This document shows, one piece after another, positions 10,601 through 18,541 of a DNA stretch of 64,000 nucleotides. The stretch comes from Candidatus Iainarchaeum sp. (GTDB lineage Archaea; Iainarchaeota; Iainarchaeia; Iainarchaeales; GCA-2688035), in NCBI GenBank assembly GCA_017610175.1, contig JAFCCO010000002.1, forward strand, positions 32,001 through 96,000, read 5' to 3'. The notes beneath the pieces are model-generated. The model ran no database searches, was not told the origin of the DNA, and saw only the letters and a list, made by a program, of their open reading frames with translations. Positions within the stretch are counted from its first letter, which is position 1. Each line of letters opens with the position of its first letter. Made by a program: the position numbers and the translations under genes.

Positions 10601-10718
10601 TTTCCTTCATTTTGGCTTTTGCAGCCTGCTTTTCAGCATCCGGGCCGAATGTCTCATCAAACATGTCTTCTGCATCAGGATCCTCAAACTCCTTTTCGAC
10701 GCGATTTTCCTCTTCCAT
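7689..10718 (-). CDS. HerA/DUF87-like P-loop ATPase with a long acidic N-terminus and C-terminal winged-helix-like region
   Basis: Walker A GARGSGKS, VVDPIG, Walker B IFIDEAH, KQGRQPG, ATQQPS; ATG at 10718 (MEEENR) preferred. Confidence 0.8.
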   Translation of the reverse strand: MEEENRVEKEFEDPDAEDMFDETFGPDAEKQAAKAKMKERIEEKRERLEKEKKKRKKEAGQVGRDDDDIPGPPMPDEPEEPEQSAAEMSEVGVEPAEEPKKAKKKAVKAKKEPKPKPETKPEEEVEQEDEEKDELEPEEPEEPDEPEPEQPKMPKETVKEKIRKIVVAKAKDAAEKQELPFDREIGTKEVGVKEKNPTVEKKPPIKPELKFLQDTEDENKVYIGRKSSVYKKYGAEASLFVGKVNEDTLRGKNIYLDSLNPHVVFVCGARGSGKSYVLGVMAEELSLKNKNVGVIVVDPIGVFWSMRFPNREQRELELLGKWELEPQGLDNLKVFIPQGMKDKVPRKTYDDTFSLPPSMLSPEDWCLTFGIERFSPSGLLLEKALGKVARGYKTKEGKFVKPKGKLFSLDDIVFCLINDVELNSAEKGYKHDSIRALTSRFDAAKNWGVFDKRGTPLSELSSENQLTIIDTSFLEDNVSALVIGILARRVLAARKLSTRKEAANRMKETSTSSLLEEDIPPTWIFIDEAHTLIPSGNVKTPASTPIIEYVKQGRQPGCSLVFATQQPSAIDTKVLSQLDVIISHKLVFDDDIKAIYKRTPTIIPKRYKNSNFVKTLPVGVGLTGDRREETSRAFVMRIRPRMSQHEGREAETVERSIKLGNEEVLKLASGLMYAKVERAGKLETTIVNDSLKSLNIKYKSNLQLGELIEELEKKGVLLDTRTSTLSLPQEENEESIIDEISGEPEIEIARESKAILPDPEPVELLAFPVNLSEEAARKAMNKARKKKFLGLIGIEETIEKITLKHLPVYRIKFNMFNSHNMFHTGEVFFDSGTGEFLHFNQKTKRFMESRGLQVINDLKENEIRALFLLKKEKRDFEALVKAMAESEMISKKALESLVAKGLAAKEKTAGQNFYSLNKELDLPRNLLHPLLRSLETLPVSKAEALSLEMERYPKQRAIDVLQKLGKKIVVKSVTDVYLPFYETILKMPDGKLRAIRIEAVRGSPIHVHH

Positions 10719-10793
10719 TCTTTTATCCCATTTAAAATACGGAATTAAAGTATTTAAGGCTGATGTTTCCATTTTTAAGCCTGGCACGGGAAA

Positions 10794-11375
10794 TCAGTCA
10801 AAAAACTCTTTTTTTAGAATAATTTTGTTGGTGACACCGTAATCGTGCTTTTCAAGAATCCTTTTTGATTCAAGTCTTTTAATTACTCTGTGAACCTGCA
10901 CTTTGCTTAATCCTGTTTCCTTGGTGAGCTTGGACTGGGTTAATTCATATCCTGAGTCTTTTAAGGCTTCAATCACAGCATTTTCATCTGGAAGCAGCAG
11001 GTTTGCGGTGGCAGCCTGTTTTACGCTTTTTAGCTCCTTTTGCCTGATCAAACTCCAAATGGCCAACCCAGCCAAAATCGCAATAACTCCTCCTGCCAAA
11101 TAAACTAAATTTGTTGGGGAACATATGAATGCAATTGGGTCATAACCAAACTTTCTTGTTCCAGCAAACCCTTTTAGGCCGTCTGCGAATTGATTTAGGT
11201 CTGCGTTAACATCTGCAAACCCGCCTTTAACTGGGTTGAGCAGTCCCATCTTCCAAAAAGAGGAGTAAACTCCAAATGAAAGCATAAAAATGGAAAATCC
11301 TCCATAAAGGAAGCAAATAAGGGTTATTGCAACATATCTCTTCTTTGTTTTGAAATACGTTTCAGTTTGTTTCAT
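10794..11375 (-). CDS. Membrane-anchored HTH transcriptional regulator (COG2512-like)
   Basis: Two TM helices, then LLPDENAVIEALKDSGYELTQSKLTKETGLSKVQVHRVIKRLESK. Confidence 0.8.
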   Translation of the reverse strand: MKQTETYFKTKKRYVAITLICFLYGGFSIFMLSFGVYSSFWKMGLLNPVKGGFADVNADLNQFADGLKGFAGTRKFGYDPIAFICSPTNLVYLAGGVIAILAGLAIWSLIRQKELKSVKQAATANLLLPDENAVIEALKDSGYELTQSKLTKETGLSKVQVHRVIKRLESKRILEKHDYGVTNKIILKKEFFD

Positions 11376-11423
11376 GTTTCATCACGTTTCAAGGGGCTTT
11401 ATTAGTGGTTTCACTCTGTTACA
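11359..11423. promoter_or_regulatory. Three GTTTCA-N4-GTTWCA direct-repeat pairs, putative operators
   Basis: Hexamers start at 11359/11369, 11376/11386 and 11408/11418, each pair 10 bp apart, in the divergent promoter region. Confidence 0.6.
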
Positions 11424-11520
11424 CTAAAGATTATTAATGGTTGCGAATTAATATAAATTGCTCGCAAAAGTTGGCTGGCGCTAAATATAACTTTAGAAAC
11501 GGAATTTGGAAATGGTTTGC

Positions 11521-12231
11521 ATGGCAAAAACGGTTTTGGAGGTCCAGGGCATTTGGAAGGTATACCAAATGGATTCAATTGAGGTTCCCGCGTTAAGGGG
11601 GCTAAGCCTTAAGATTAAGGAGGGTGAATTTGTAGCCATTGTTGGCGCTTCTGGTTCGGGAAAATCAACGGTTTTAAACATCATTGGGGCATTGGATGTT
11701 CCGACGAAAGGGCTTGTTTTTTTGAACGGAATCGAAATCACAAAACTTTCCGAATCAAAGCTTGCCAGGTTAAGGGGTAAAACAATCGGTTTTGTTTTTC
11801 AAACATTTAATTTGTACCCCACCCTTAACGTGTTTGACAACATTGCCCTGCCAATGAAAATTCATGAATTTGACCCTGTCAAAATTGAGAAAAAGGTCAA
11901 CGGCTTGGCAAAGCTTGTCGGGCTGGAGCACAGGGTAAACCATTTGCCTGCGCAGCTTTCAGGTGGTGAACGGCAGAGGGTTGCGCTTGCAAGGGCACTT
12001 TCAGCCGAACCAGCCCTTATACTTGCAGATGAGCCAACTGGCAATCTTGACACAAAAACAAGCAGGGAAATAATGGGCTTGCTGGCTGATTTGCACAAAA
12101 AACAGGGAAAAACAATTATTCTTGTAACACACGAACCCAGCCTTGCGCAATATGCCGGGCGAATAATTGAATTGAGGGACGGCAAAATTTTGTACGACAA
12201 GAAAAACAAGAAAAAGGGCAATGTCCTGTAG
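11521..12231 (+). CDS. ABC transporter ATP-binding protein (LolD/MacB type)
   Basis: GASGSGKST, LSGGERQRVALARAL, LADEPTGNLD, VTHE. Confidence 0.95.
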   Translation: MAKTVLEVQGIWKVYQMDSIEVPALRGLSLKIKEGEFVAIVGASGSGKSTVLNIIGALDVPTKGLVFLNGIEITKLSESKLARLRGKTIGFVFQTFNLYPTLNVFDNIALPMKIHEFDPVKIEKKVNGLAKLVGLEHRVNHLPAQLSGGERQRVALARALSAEPALILADEPTGNLDTKTSREIMGLLADLHKKQGKTIILVTHEPSLAQYAGRIIELRDGKILYDKKNKKKGNVL

Positions 12232-12237
12232 GAGGAA

Positions 12238-13710
12238 ATGAAAATGGAGAAAAAATTAATTATTTCAATTTTGGCGGTTTTTGCAGTGCTTGGTGCATTG
12301 CAGCCAGCATATGCGGTCACAGATGCTGCATATTTGCTTAAGGTTGAGAGCACAAGCTTTTTGCCTGAAACAATGTATGCAGGGGACGTTGCAAGCCTGG
12401 CTGTTAATGTTAAAAATGTTGGAAGCTCCCTGTCAGTCATCGGGCTGGAGGGGACCCTTGACATTGGGGACCAGTTCGAGCAAATTGAATTGAAGGACAC
12501 AATTCCTGTAATTGCAAAAAATACAAGTAAAACGCTTGTGTTTAGGTTTAGGGTAAAAGAAAACACTTTTCCAGGATACTACCCCGCATTTTTGACAACA
12601 ACCTATCTGAGGGAAGGGACAAATTTGAGCATCACGGAAACGCAAAGCATTACAATTCCTGTTTCAAAAACAGAGAAAAACCTTGACATTACTCTTTCCC
12701 CAACAGTAATTAATCCGGGAACCCAAACAGATGTTGTTTTTTCCATTGAAAACGTTGGAGGGACTCCTGCGTCAAACATCTTGTTTTTGTGGGGTGAGGA
12801 AAACAATTTAATCCTGCCTGTTGGTTCTGACAACAAGAGATATATTTCAATTATTCAGCCACACGAACAGGTGGAAATTTTGTACTCTGTTGCAGCAGAC
12901 CCAAATATTGCAACAGGAATATACCCGCTTAATCTGACAACAACTTTTACTGATGTTAACGGAACAAAAACCCAAACATCCCAAGTGGGGTTAATTGTTG
13001 GGGGCAAAACGGATTTTGAGATAAGTGCTGAAGTGCTCAACACCGGGCAGGTATCTGTCAGCATAGCAAACATTGGCTCAAACGACGCAGGTGCCGTTGT
13101 GGTAAGGATTCCGAACAGGGCGGGGGTTAGAGTGAACGGAAGCAGTACTGCAATACTTGGAAACCTGAACAAAGGGGACTTTACCATGGCAAACTTCCAA
13201 ATAAGTTCCCTGGGTTACGCCAAAGAACCAGTGTCCAAACTTAAGGAAACAACGCAACCAAAAAGCAATGAAACGCTGCAGCCGCGAAGCAAGGGAACCT
13301 TTGAAAAATCCGAAACATCCAATGTGCTGACTGTGGAAATTGACTACACAGACACCACAGGTGAAAGACAAAGTGTTGAAAAAACAGTGCAGTTGGCTTT
13401 TGACACAAGTGAACTATTGTCCGGAAGCAAATTGATTGGTGAAGCTGCATACGATAAATTCAGGCAAAAAACAAATCCCTTTGCATTGGCTCCGTGGGTT
13501 TTGCTTGTTTTGCTTGCTGGCGGTGCAGTGGCATTCAACAAATTTAAAGCCGGAAACAAGGCCCTGAAAGAGCTTGCAAAGCCGGTTGCGGTTGTAGGTG
13601 TTTTGTTCCTTGCAGTGATTTACATGTTCGGGTCGGATTTGATGGCTACGGCTGTTGCGGCAATAATTTCAACGGCATTGCTTTTATGGTTTTTTAAAGG
13701 GAAAAAGTGA
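12238..13710 (+). CDS. COG1361-like S-layer-domain protein
   Basis: Signal peptide, repeated Ig-like beta segments (NVG, GYYP/GIYP, IDYTDTTGER), C-terminal TM helices; lies between the ABC ATPase and permease. Confidence 0.75.
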   Translation: MKMEKKLIISILAVFAVLGALQPAYAVTDAAYLLKVESTSFLPETMYAGDVASLAVNVKNVGSSLSVIGLEGTLDIGDQFEQIELKDTIPVIAKNTSKTLVFRFRVKENTFPGYYPAFLTTTYLREGTNLSITETQSITIPVSKTEKNLDITLSPTVINPGTQTDVVFSIENVGGTPASNILFLWGEENNLILPVGSDNKRYISIIQPHEQVEILYSVAADPNIATGIYPLNLTTTFTDVNGTKTQTSQVGLIVGGKTDFEISAEVLNTGQVSVSIANIGSNDAGAVVVRIPNRAGVRVNGSSTAILGNLNKGDFTMANFQISSLGYAKEPVSKLKETTQPKSNETLQPRSKGTFEKSETSNVLTVEIDYTDTTGERQSVEKTVQLAFDTSELLSGSKLIGEAAYDKFRQKTNPFALAPWVLLVLLAGGAVAFNKFKAGNKALKELAKPVAVVGVLFLAVIYMFGSDLMATAVAAIISTALLLWFFKGKK

Positions 13711-13717
13711 CCAAACC

Positions 13718-14989
13718 ATGAGATTAAGTGACTCCATTAAGTTGTCAGCAAACAATATTCTGCACAGGAAGTTGAGAAGCTGGCTCACATTGCTTGGCAT
13801 TATAATAGGTGTCGCGGCAGTGGTCTCAATTATTTCAATAGGGGAAGGCGCGCAAGCAAGTGTGAGTGAAAAGCTTTCAGGCTTTGGGGCAGACGTAATT
13901 ACTGTCAGCCCGGGCTTCAGCAAGGCCAGTGCGTTTGCTGGATTTAAGCGGATTGGCAAAAAAATTGGCAACAGCGATGCATCCGGTGATGGGGACGAAC
14001 CGACTTTGACAAGGATAGACTCGATTGTACTTGCAGGAAACCCAAACGTTTTCCAAGTTTCCGAAACAGTTTCTGGCAGGGGCAATCTTGTATTCATTGC
14101 GGAAGAAAATTCTGTTGACATTCAAGGGATAAATCCGCTTGGTTGGCGTGAGACTTCCAATGCCGAGCTGGCTTCAGGCAGGCATTTGACGCCAAGCGAT
14201 TCAACTGTGGTTGTAATCGGGGACAGAATTGCCAACAGCATGTTTAGGCAACCAATTACTTTGGGGCGAAGGGTTGTAATTGAAGAGAAGCCGTTTACTG
14301 TGGTTGGGATACTTAAACCATCCGGAGGCGGCGGGTTTGGCGGAAACGATTCAACCGTTTACATGTCCCTTGCAAGTGCATGGGATGTAACAGACGTTGA
14401 AAAAAACACCTTTTCTCTGATTGAAGTAAAAGTGGTTGACACCGAATTTATTGAGGAAACAGTTGAAGAGCTCACCCAAGCGTTAATGCTTTCAAGAAAG
14501 GTAACTGAAGCAAACCAAAATTTCAGCATGGTTTCTGCGCAGGCGATTCAGGAGCAGGTCAGTTCTGTGGCCGAAACACTCACCCTGTTTTTGGGGGCAA
14601 TTGCAGCAGTTTCACTGCTTGTTGGCGCGGTTGGAGTGGCAAACAGCATGTTTACATCGGTTCTTGAGCAAACAAAGGAGATTGGAATACTGAAAGCCCT
14701 TGGTTCAACAAACAACGAAATTATGTGCATTTTTATGATTGAATCAGGGTTGTTTGGGCTGGCAGGGGGCACAATTGGGGTGCTTTTTGGAACCGCCATA
14801 TCTATCGGCCTTTCTGAGCTGGAGATAATTTCAATTCCCATGCTTAAAGGGGGCACAACAACCATTGTAACCCCCCAGCTGGTTATTATTGCAATTGTGC
14901 TGTCCACAGTTATTGGAATAGTTGCAGGGGCAATGCCTGCACGAGCGGCATCAAAGCTAAAGCCGGTTGAAGCCCTGCGGTATGAATGA
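13718..14989 (+). CDS. ABC permease, MacB/FtsX family
   Basis: RSWLTLLGIIIGVAAVVS, EIGILKALG, PARAASKLKPVEALRYE. Confidence 0.95.
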   Translation: MRLSDSIKLSANNILHRKLRSWLTLLGIIIGVAAVVSIISIGEGAQASVSEKLSGFGADVITVSPGFSKASAFAGFKRIGKKIGNSDASGDGDEPTLTRIDSIVLAGNPNVFQVSETVSGRGNLVFIAEENSVDIQGINPLGWRETSNAELASGRHLTPSDSTVVVIGDRIANSMFRQPITLGRRVVIEEKPFTVVGILKPSGGGGFGGNDSTVYMSLASAWDVTDVEKNTFSLIEVKVVDTEFIEETVEELTQALMLSRKVTEANQNFSMVSAQAIQEQVSSVAETLTLFLGAIAAVSLLVGAVGVANSMFTSVLEQTKEIGILKALGSTNNEIMCIFMIESGLFGLAGGTIGVLFGTAISIGLSELEIISIPMLKGGTTTIVTPQLVIIAIVLSTVIGIVAGAMPARAASKLKPVEALRYE

Positions 14990-15021
14990 CTGTTTGAAGC
15001 CAAGCCAGCGCCTGCCGATAG

Positions 15022-15030
15022 CTTTAAATA
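15022..15030 (+). promoter_or_regulatory. TATA box of the trp leader/tRNA-Trp/trp operon transcript
   Basis: CTTTAAATA ending 24 nt before the ATG at 15055. Confidence 0.6.
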
Positions 15031-15054
15031 GATTGCTTGCACCAATTTTATTTG

Positions 15055-15090
15055 ATGACCTCAAAAGGCGATTCACTTTGGCTTCAATAA
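15055..15090 (+). CDS. Putative leaderless trp leader peptide 1 (MTSKGDSLWLQ)
   Basis: ATG at the expected transcription start; Trp codon at position 9; overlaps the 5' arm of the stem 15061-15069/15111-15119. Confidence 0.5.
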   Translation: MTSKGDSLWLQ

Positions 15091-15115
15091 GGCCTTACCT
15101 GATTTAACTAGCCTT

Positions 15116-15172
15116 TTGAATGCAAATTCTAACCTAATTCAGCCATGGCTCTGGGCCTGGTTCACGCCGTAG
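15116..15172 (+). CDS. Putative trp leader peptide 2 (TTG start; MNANSNLIQPWLWAWFTP)
   Basis: Three Trp codons within five (TGG CTC TGG GCC TGG) just upstream of tRNA-Trp and trpE; TTG starts are common in this window. Confidence 0.5.
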   Translation: MNANSNLIQPWLWAWFTP

Positions 15173-15194
15173 GGCAAAGCATTGGAAAAAAGTT

Positions 15195-15267
15195 GGGGTT
15201 ATAGCATAACCTGGTAGTGCAGGCGGCTCCAGACCGTCGGATCAGGGTCCGAATCCCTGTAACCCCA
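15195..15267 (+). tRNA. tRNA-Trp(CCA), intronless, variant T-loop TCCGAAT
   Basis: Cloverleaf: acceptor GGGGTTA/TAACCCC, anticodon arm GGCGG-CTCCAGA-CCGTC, T arm CAGGG/CCCTG. Confidence 0.9.
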
Positions 15268-15268
15268 C

Positions 15269-15300
15269 TAATTTTTTCTTTTCAAAAAAGAAAAAAATTA
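15269..15300 (+). terminator. Oligo-T tract after tRNA-Trp, within an A/T inverted repeat
   Basis: TAATTTTTTCTTTT-CAA-AAAAGAAAAAAATTA. Confidence 0.5.
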
Positions 15301-15351
15301 ACCAAAAGAAAACTAAAATGAAAACTGAAAACAGAACCCAGTGAACAAACG

Positions 15352-16950
15352 ATGATTTCAGAAAAGGAACTCGGAAAGTTTGGAAAGGGAACAATTGTTC
15401 CAATAGTAAAGGAAATAAGTAGCGGCCAGCATGCCCTAGACTTCTTTGCAAAGCTTTCAGATTACGGCAGGCAGAAAAACTCAATTCTCCTTGAGTCGGC
15501 CGATGTAATGAAGAAGTACGGTGAAAAAAGCATCGGTTCAGCAGACCCATGCCTCAAAGTGCAGGGGACGGGGTCCGAATTTGAAATTGCCGCGCTAAAT
15601 TCGCTTGGGGAAAACTTTCTTGAATTCATTAAGCCAGGCCTTGGTTTTGTAAAGGACATTGAATTCTCAAAGGACTCAATCAAGGGAACGCTCTCGGTTG
15701 CTGCCGGAAACGTAAGCGAGGAAGAAAGGCTCAGGCTCAAAACACACGCAGACATTCTTCGCGCAATCTCCTTCGCATTCAAGCCAAGCCAGAAGCCGTT
15801 TACCCCATACTCCGGCTTGTTTGGTGCAATCTCCTATGATTTCATTGACCAGTTTGAAAAGCTTCCCGCAAACAGGCAGGACAAGCTAAACGACCCGGAT
15901 TATGAATTGCTTTTTCTCGACAACCTTTTCCACGTGGACCACGAAAAGCAAAAGTATTCCTTTGTTGCGAACGCGCTTCTCACAACCGATGATACCGGAC
16001 CTGTTTATGAAAAATGCCTGAAGAGAATTGATGCGATGGAGAAAATCCTCTCCAAGGAAATTCCTGAAAGCAAAAAGGTTTCGAAGAAGGTTGAGATTCA
16101 AACAGACGTTTCGGACAAGGAGTACGCTGAAATAGTTGAAAAAATGAAGGAACACATTACTGCAGGGGACGTTTTCCAGATTGTTCCAAGCAGAACATTT
16201 TCTACAAAGGTGTCTGCAGAGCCGCTTGACATTTACTCAAAGCTTCGCGAGCTAAATCCCTCACCCTACATGTTTTATTTCAGGAATCAGTTGGGTATAT
16301 TGCTTGGAAGCAGCCCTGAAACATTTCTCAAGGTAGAGGGTGGGAAAGAGAAAACGATTGAAATCAGACCGATTGCGGGAACGCGCAGGCGCGGCATTGT
16401 AAACGGAAAAATTGACGAGAAGCTTGACTTGGAGCTGGAAAAAGAGCTTCGCGCCGATGAAAAGGAGCTTGCAGAGCACACAATGCTTGTTGACCTTGCA
16501 AGAAACGACGTTGCGCGCGTTTCAAAGCCGGGAACAAGGCATGTGGACAAGCTGCATATTGTTGAGAGATACAGCCATGTAATGCACTTGGTGAGCAGTG
16601 TGCACGGGACACTCAAGCCCGAGCTTGACGCTTTGCATGCATACCTTGCCTCAATGAATATGGGAACCCTTACCGGCGCACCAAAGATTAAGGCAATGGA
16701 GCTCTTAAGAAAATACGAAAAGAACAAGCGCGGCTTTTACGGCGGGTCGGTTGGGTACTTTACGCCAAGCGGCGACTTTGACTCCTGCATTGTAATCAGA
16801 AGCATGCGCATCAAAAAGGGTGAAGCATTCATTCGCGCGGGCGCCGGAATTGTTTTTGATTCAGTTCCCAAAAAAGAGGCTGCTGAAACAACCGCAAAGG
16901 CACAATCCTGCATTTCAGCAATTAAGAAGGCACAGGGGGACTTCGAGTGA
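15352..16950 (+). CDS. trpE: Anthranilate synthase component I
   Basis: LLESAD, GDVFQIVPSR, NPSPYMF, RPIAGTR, EHTMLVDLARND, GTLTGAPKIKAM. Confidence 0.95.
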   Translation: MISEKELGKFGKGTIVPIVKEISSGQHALDFFAKLSDYGRQKNSILLESADVMKKYGEKSIGSADPCLKVQGTGSEFEIAALNSLGENFLEFIKPGLGFVKDIEFSKDSIKGTLSVAAGNVSEEERLRLKTHADILRAISFAFKPSQKPFTPYSGLFGAISYDFIDQFEKLPANRQDKLNDPDYELLFLDNLFHVDHEKQKYSFVANALLTTDDTGPVYEKCLKRIDAMEKILSKEIPESKKVSKKVEIQTDVSDKEYAEIVEKMKEHITAGDVFQIVPSRTFSTKVSAEPLDIYSKLRELNPSPYMFYFRNQLGILLGSSPETFLKVEGGKEKTIEIRPIAGTRRRGIVNGKIDEKLDLELEKELRADEKELAEHTMLVDLARNDVARVSKPGTRHVDKLHIVERYSHVMHLVSSVHGTLKPELDALHAYLASMNMGTLTGAPKIKAMELLRKYEKNKRGFYGGSVGYFTPSGDFDSCIVIRSMRIKKGEAFIRAGAGIVFDSVPKKEAAETTAKAQSCISAIKKAQGDFE

Positions 16951-17528
16951 ACGTTTTATTCATTGACAACTTTGATTCATTCACCTACAACCTTGTGGAC
17001 GAGTTTGCAAAACGCGGCTGTGAGGTCCGGGTTTACAGGAACGACGCTCCGCTTGAGAAAATTGAGCAGGTTGTTTTGGAATTTAACCCGGCTCTTATAG
17101 TGATAAGCCCCGGTCCGTCAACTCCAAAGGATGCGGGGGTCTCAATTTCCGCAATAAAGGAGTTTGCGGGAAAAGTTCCGATTTTTGGAATCTGCCTGGG
17201 GCACCAGTGCATTGTTGAGGCATTTGAGGGGGAGGTAGGGCAGGCGCCTGAAATAGTGCATGGAAAGCCGTCCCAAATCAAGCACGACGGCAAAACAATC
17301 TTCAAAAACATTGAAAACCCGTTTCAGGCAGGCCGTTACCACTCTCTGACAGGTTTAAATATTCCTTCGTGCCTTGAAGTTAGTGCAAAGGCAAACGATG
17401 TGGTTATGGGCGTAAGGCATCGCAAGCAATTCATTGAGGGAGTTCAATTCCACCCGGAAAGCATTCTTACAAGGGAAGGCGGGAAAATTATTGAAAATTT
17501 AATTAAATTGTGCGGGAACAAAAAATGA
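16947..17528 (+). CDS. trpG: Anthranilate synthase component II
   Basis: IDNFDSFTYNL, ISPGP, GICLGHQ, QFHPES. Confidence 0.95.
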   Translation: MNVLFIDNFDSFTYNLVDEFAKRGCEVRVYRNDAPLEKIEQVVLEFNPALIVISPGPSTPKDAGVSISAIKEFAGKVPIFGICLGHQCIVEAFEGEVGQAPEIVHGKPSQIKHDGKTIFKNIENPFQAGRYHSLTGLNIPSCLEVSAKANDVVMGVRHRKQFIEGVQFHPESILTREGGKIIENLIKLCGNKK

Positions 17529-18541
17529 TTGGGCAATTTGTTGAAAAGGCTTCAAAAGGGGAAAACCTTTCAAGGAAAGAGGCAAGGGAGGCATTTGACC
17601 TCATAATGGCCGGAAAGGTTGAAACACCTGAAATTAAGGAACTGCTTATTGCACTGCGCGACAAGGGCGAAACAATTGATGAGATAAGCGGTGCAGCCGA
17701 AAGCATGAAAGATGTTGTTGCAAACGTTTCCCCAAAAACAGACAAGCCATTGCTTGACATTGTTGGAACAGGCGGCGACTGCAAGAGCACAATCAATGTA
17801 AGCACAGCGTCAGCCTTTGTTGCCGCAGGGGCAGGATGCATTGTTGCAAAGCACGGAAACAGGAGTGTTTCCAGCAAATGCGGCTCTGCTGATGTTCTTG
17901 AAAAGCTGGGCGTAAAGCTTGAGTGCGGCAACGAGAAAAACACGCGGATGATTGAAAAGATTGGCATTGCTTTTTTGTTCGCGCCATGCCACCACCCTGC
18001 AATGAAATTTGCAATTCCTGCGCGAAAGGAAATCGGGACAAGGACAATTTTCAACATTTTAGGGCCGCTCACAAATCCAGCAAATGCACAAACTTTCTTG
18101 CTCGGGATATTCTCTCTTGAGCTGGCGGAGAATCTTGCAGGCGTTCTGGCCAATCTAAAAATAGGGCACGCGCTTGTTGTGCACGGCAACGACGGCTTTG
18201 ACGAGATTTCGGTCAGCGATGCGACAACGGTTTTTGAGGTAAAGGGCGGAAAGATTGAACGCTATGAAATTTCACCTGAACAGTTTGGGTTTCAGCGTGC
18301 AAACGAGAGGGATATAAAGGTGTCAAGCATTGAGGAAAATGCAACCGTTCTGAAGGCAATTCTTTCAGGGAAGGAAAAGGACGCAAAGCGGGACATCGTT
18401 GTTTTTAATGCGGGTGCGGCAATCTACGTAAACAATCTTGCTTCAAGCATTGGAGAGGGAATTGAAAAGGCCAGGCAAAGCATTGATTCGGGCTCGGCGC
18501 TTAAAAAACTTGAACAGCTTGTAGAGGAGAGCGGCAAATGA
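17525..18541 (+). CDS. trpD: Anthranilate phosphoribosyltransferase
   Basis: DIVGTGGD, NVST, KHGNRSVSSKCGSADVLE, RTIFNILGPLTNP. Confidence 0.97.
   Translation: MIGQFVEKASKGENLSRKEAREAFDLIMAGKVETPEIKELLIALRDKGETIDEISGAAESMKDVVANVSPKTDKPLLDIVGTGGDCKSTINVSTASAFVAAGAGCIVAKHGNRSVSSKCGSADVLEKLGVKLECGNEKNTRMIEKIGIAFLFAPCHHPAMKFAIPARKEIGTRTIFNILGPLTNPANAQTFLLGIFSLELAENLAGVLANLKIGHALVVHGNDGFDEISVSDATTVFEVKGGKIERYEISPEQFGFQRANERDIKVSSIEENATVLKAILSGKEKDAKRDIVVFNAGAAIYVNNLASSIGEGIEKARQSIDSGSALKKLEQLVEESGK

Noticed and set aside
7689-10718. HerA-based anti-phage system
   Set aside because: No Sir2, nuclease or other defence partner adjacent; housekeeping context
10060-10842. 260-aa Ser/Phe-rich ORF on the + strand
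   Set aside because: Antisense shadow of the Glu/Lys-rich N-terminus of the HerA-like gene
15145-15204. ATG-started ORF MALGLVHAVGQSIGKKLGL in the trp leader
   Set aside because: Contains no Trp codons and runs into the tRNA; the overlapping Trp-rich frame is more plausible
15040-15350. T-box riboswitch in the trp leader
   Set aside because: No T-box consensus (GGTGGNACCGCG) or recognisable stem I motifs; the leader is better explained by the uORFs and the tRNA
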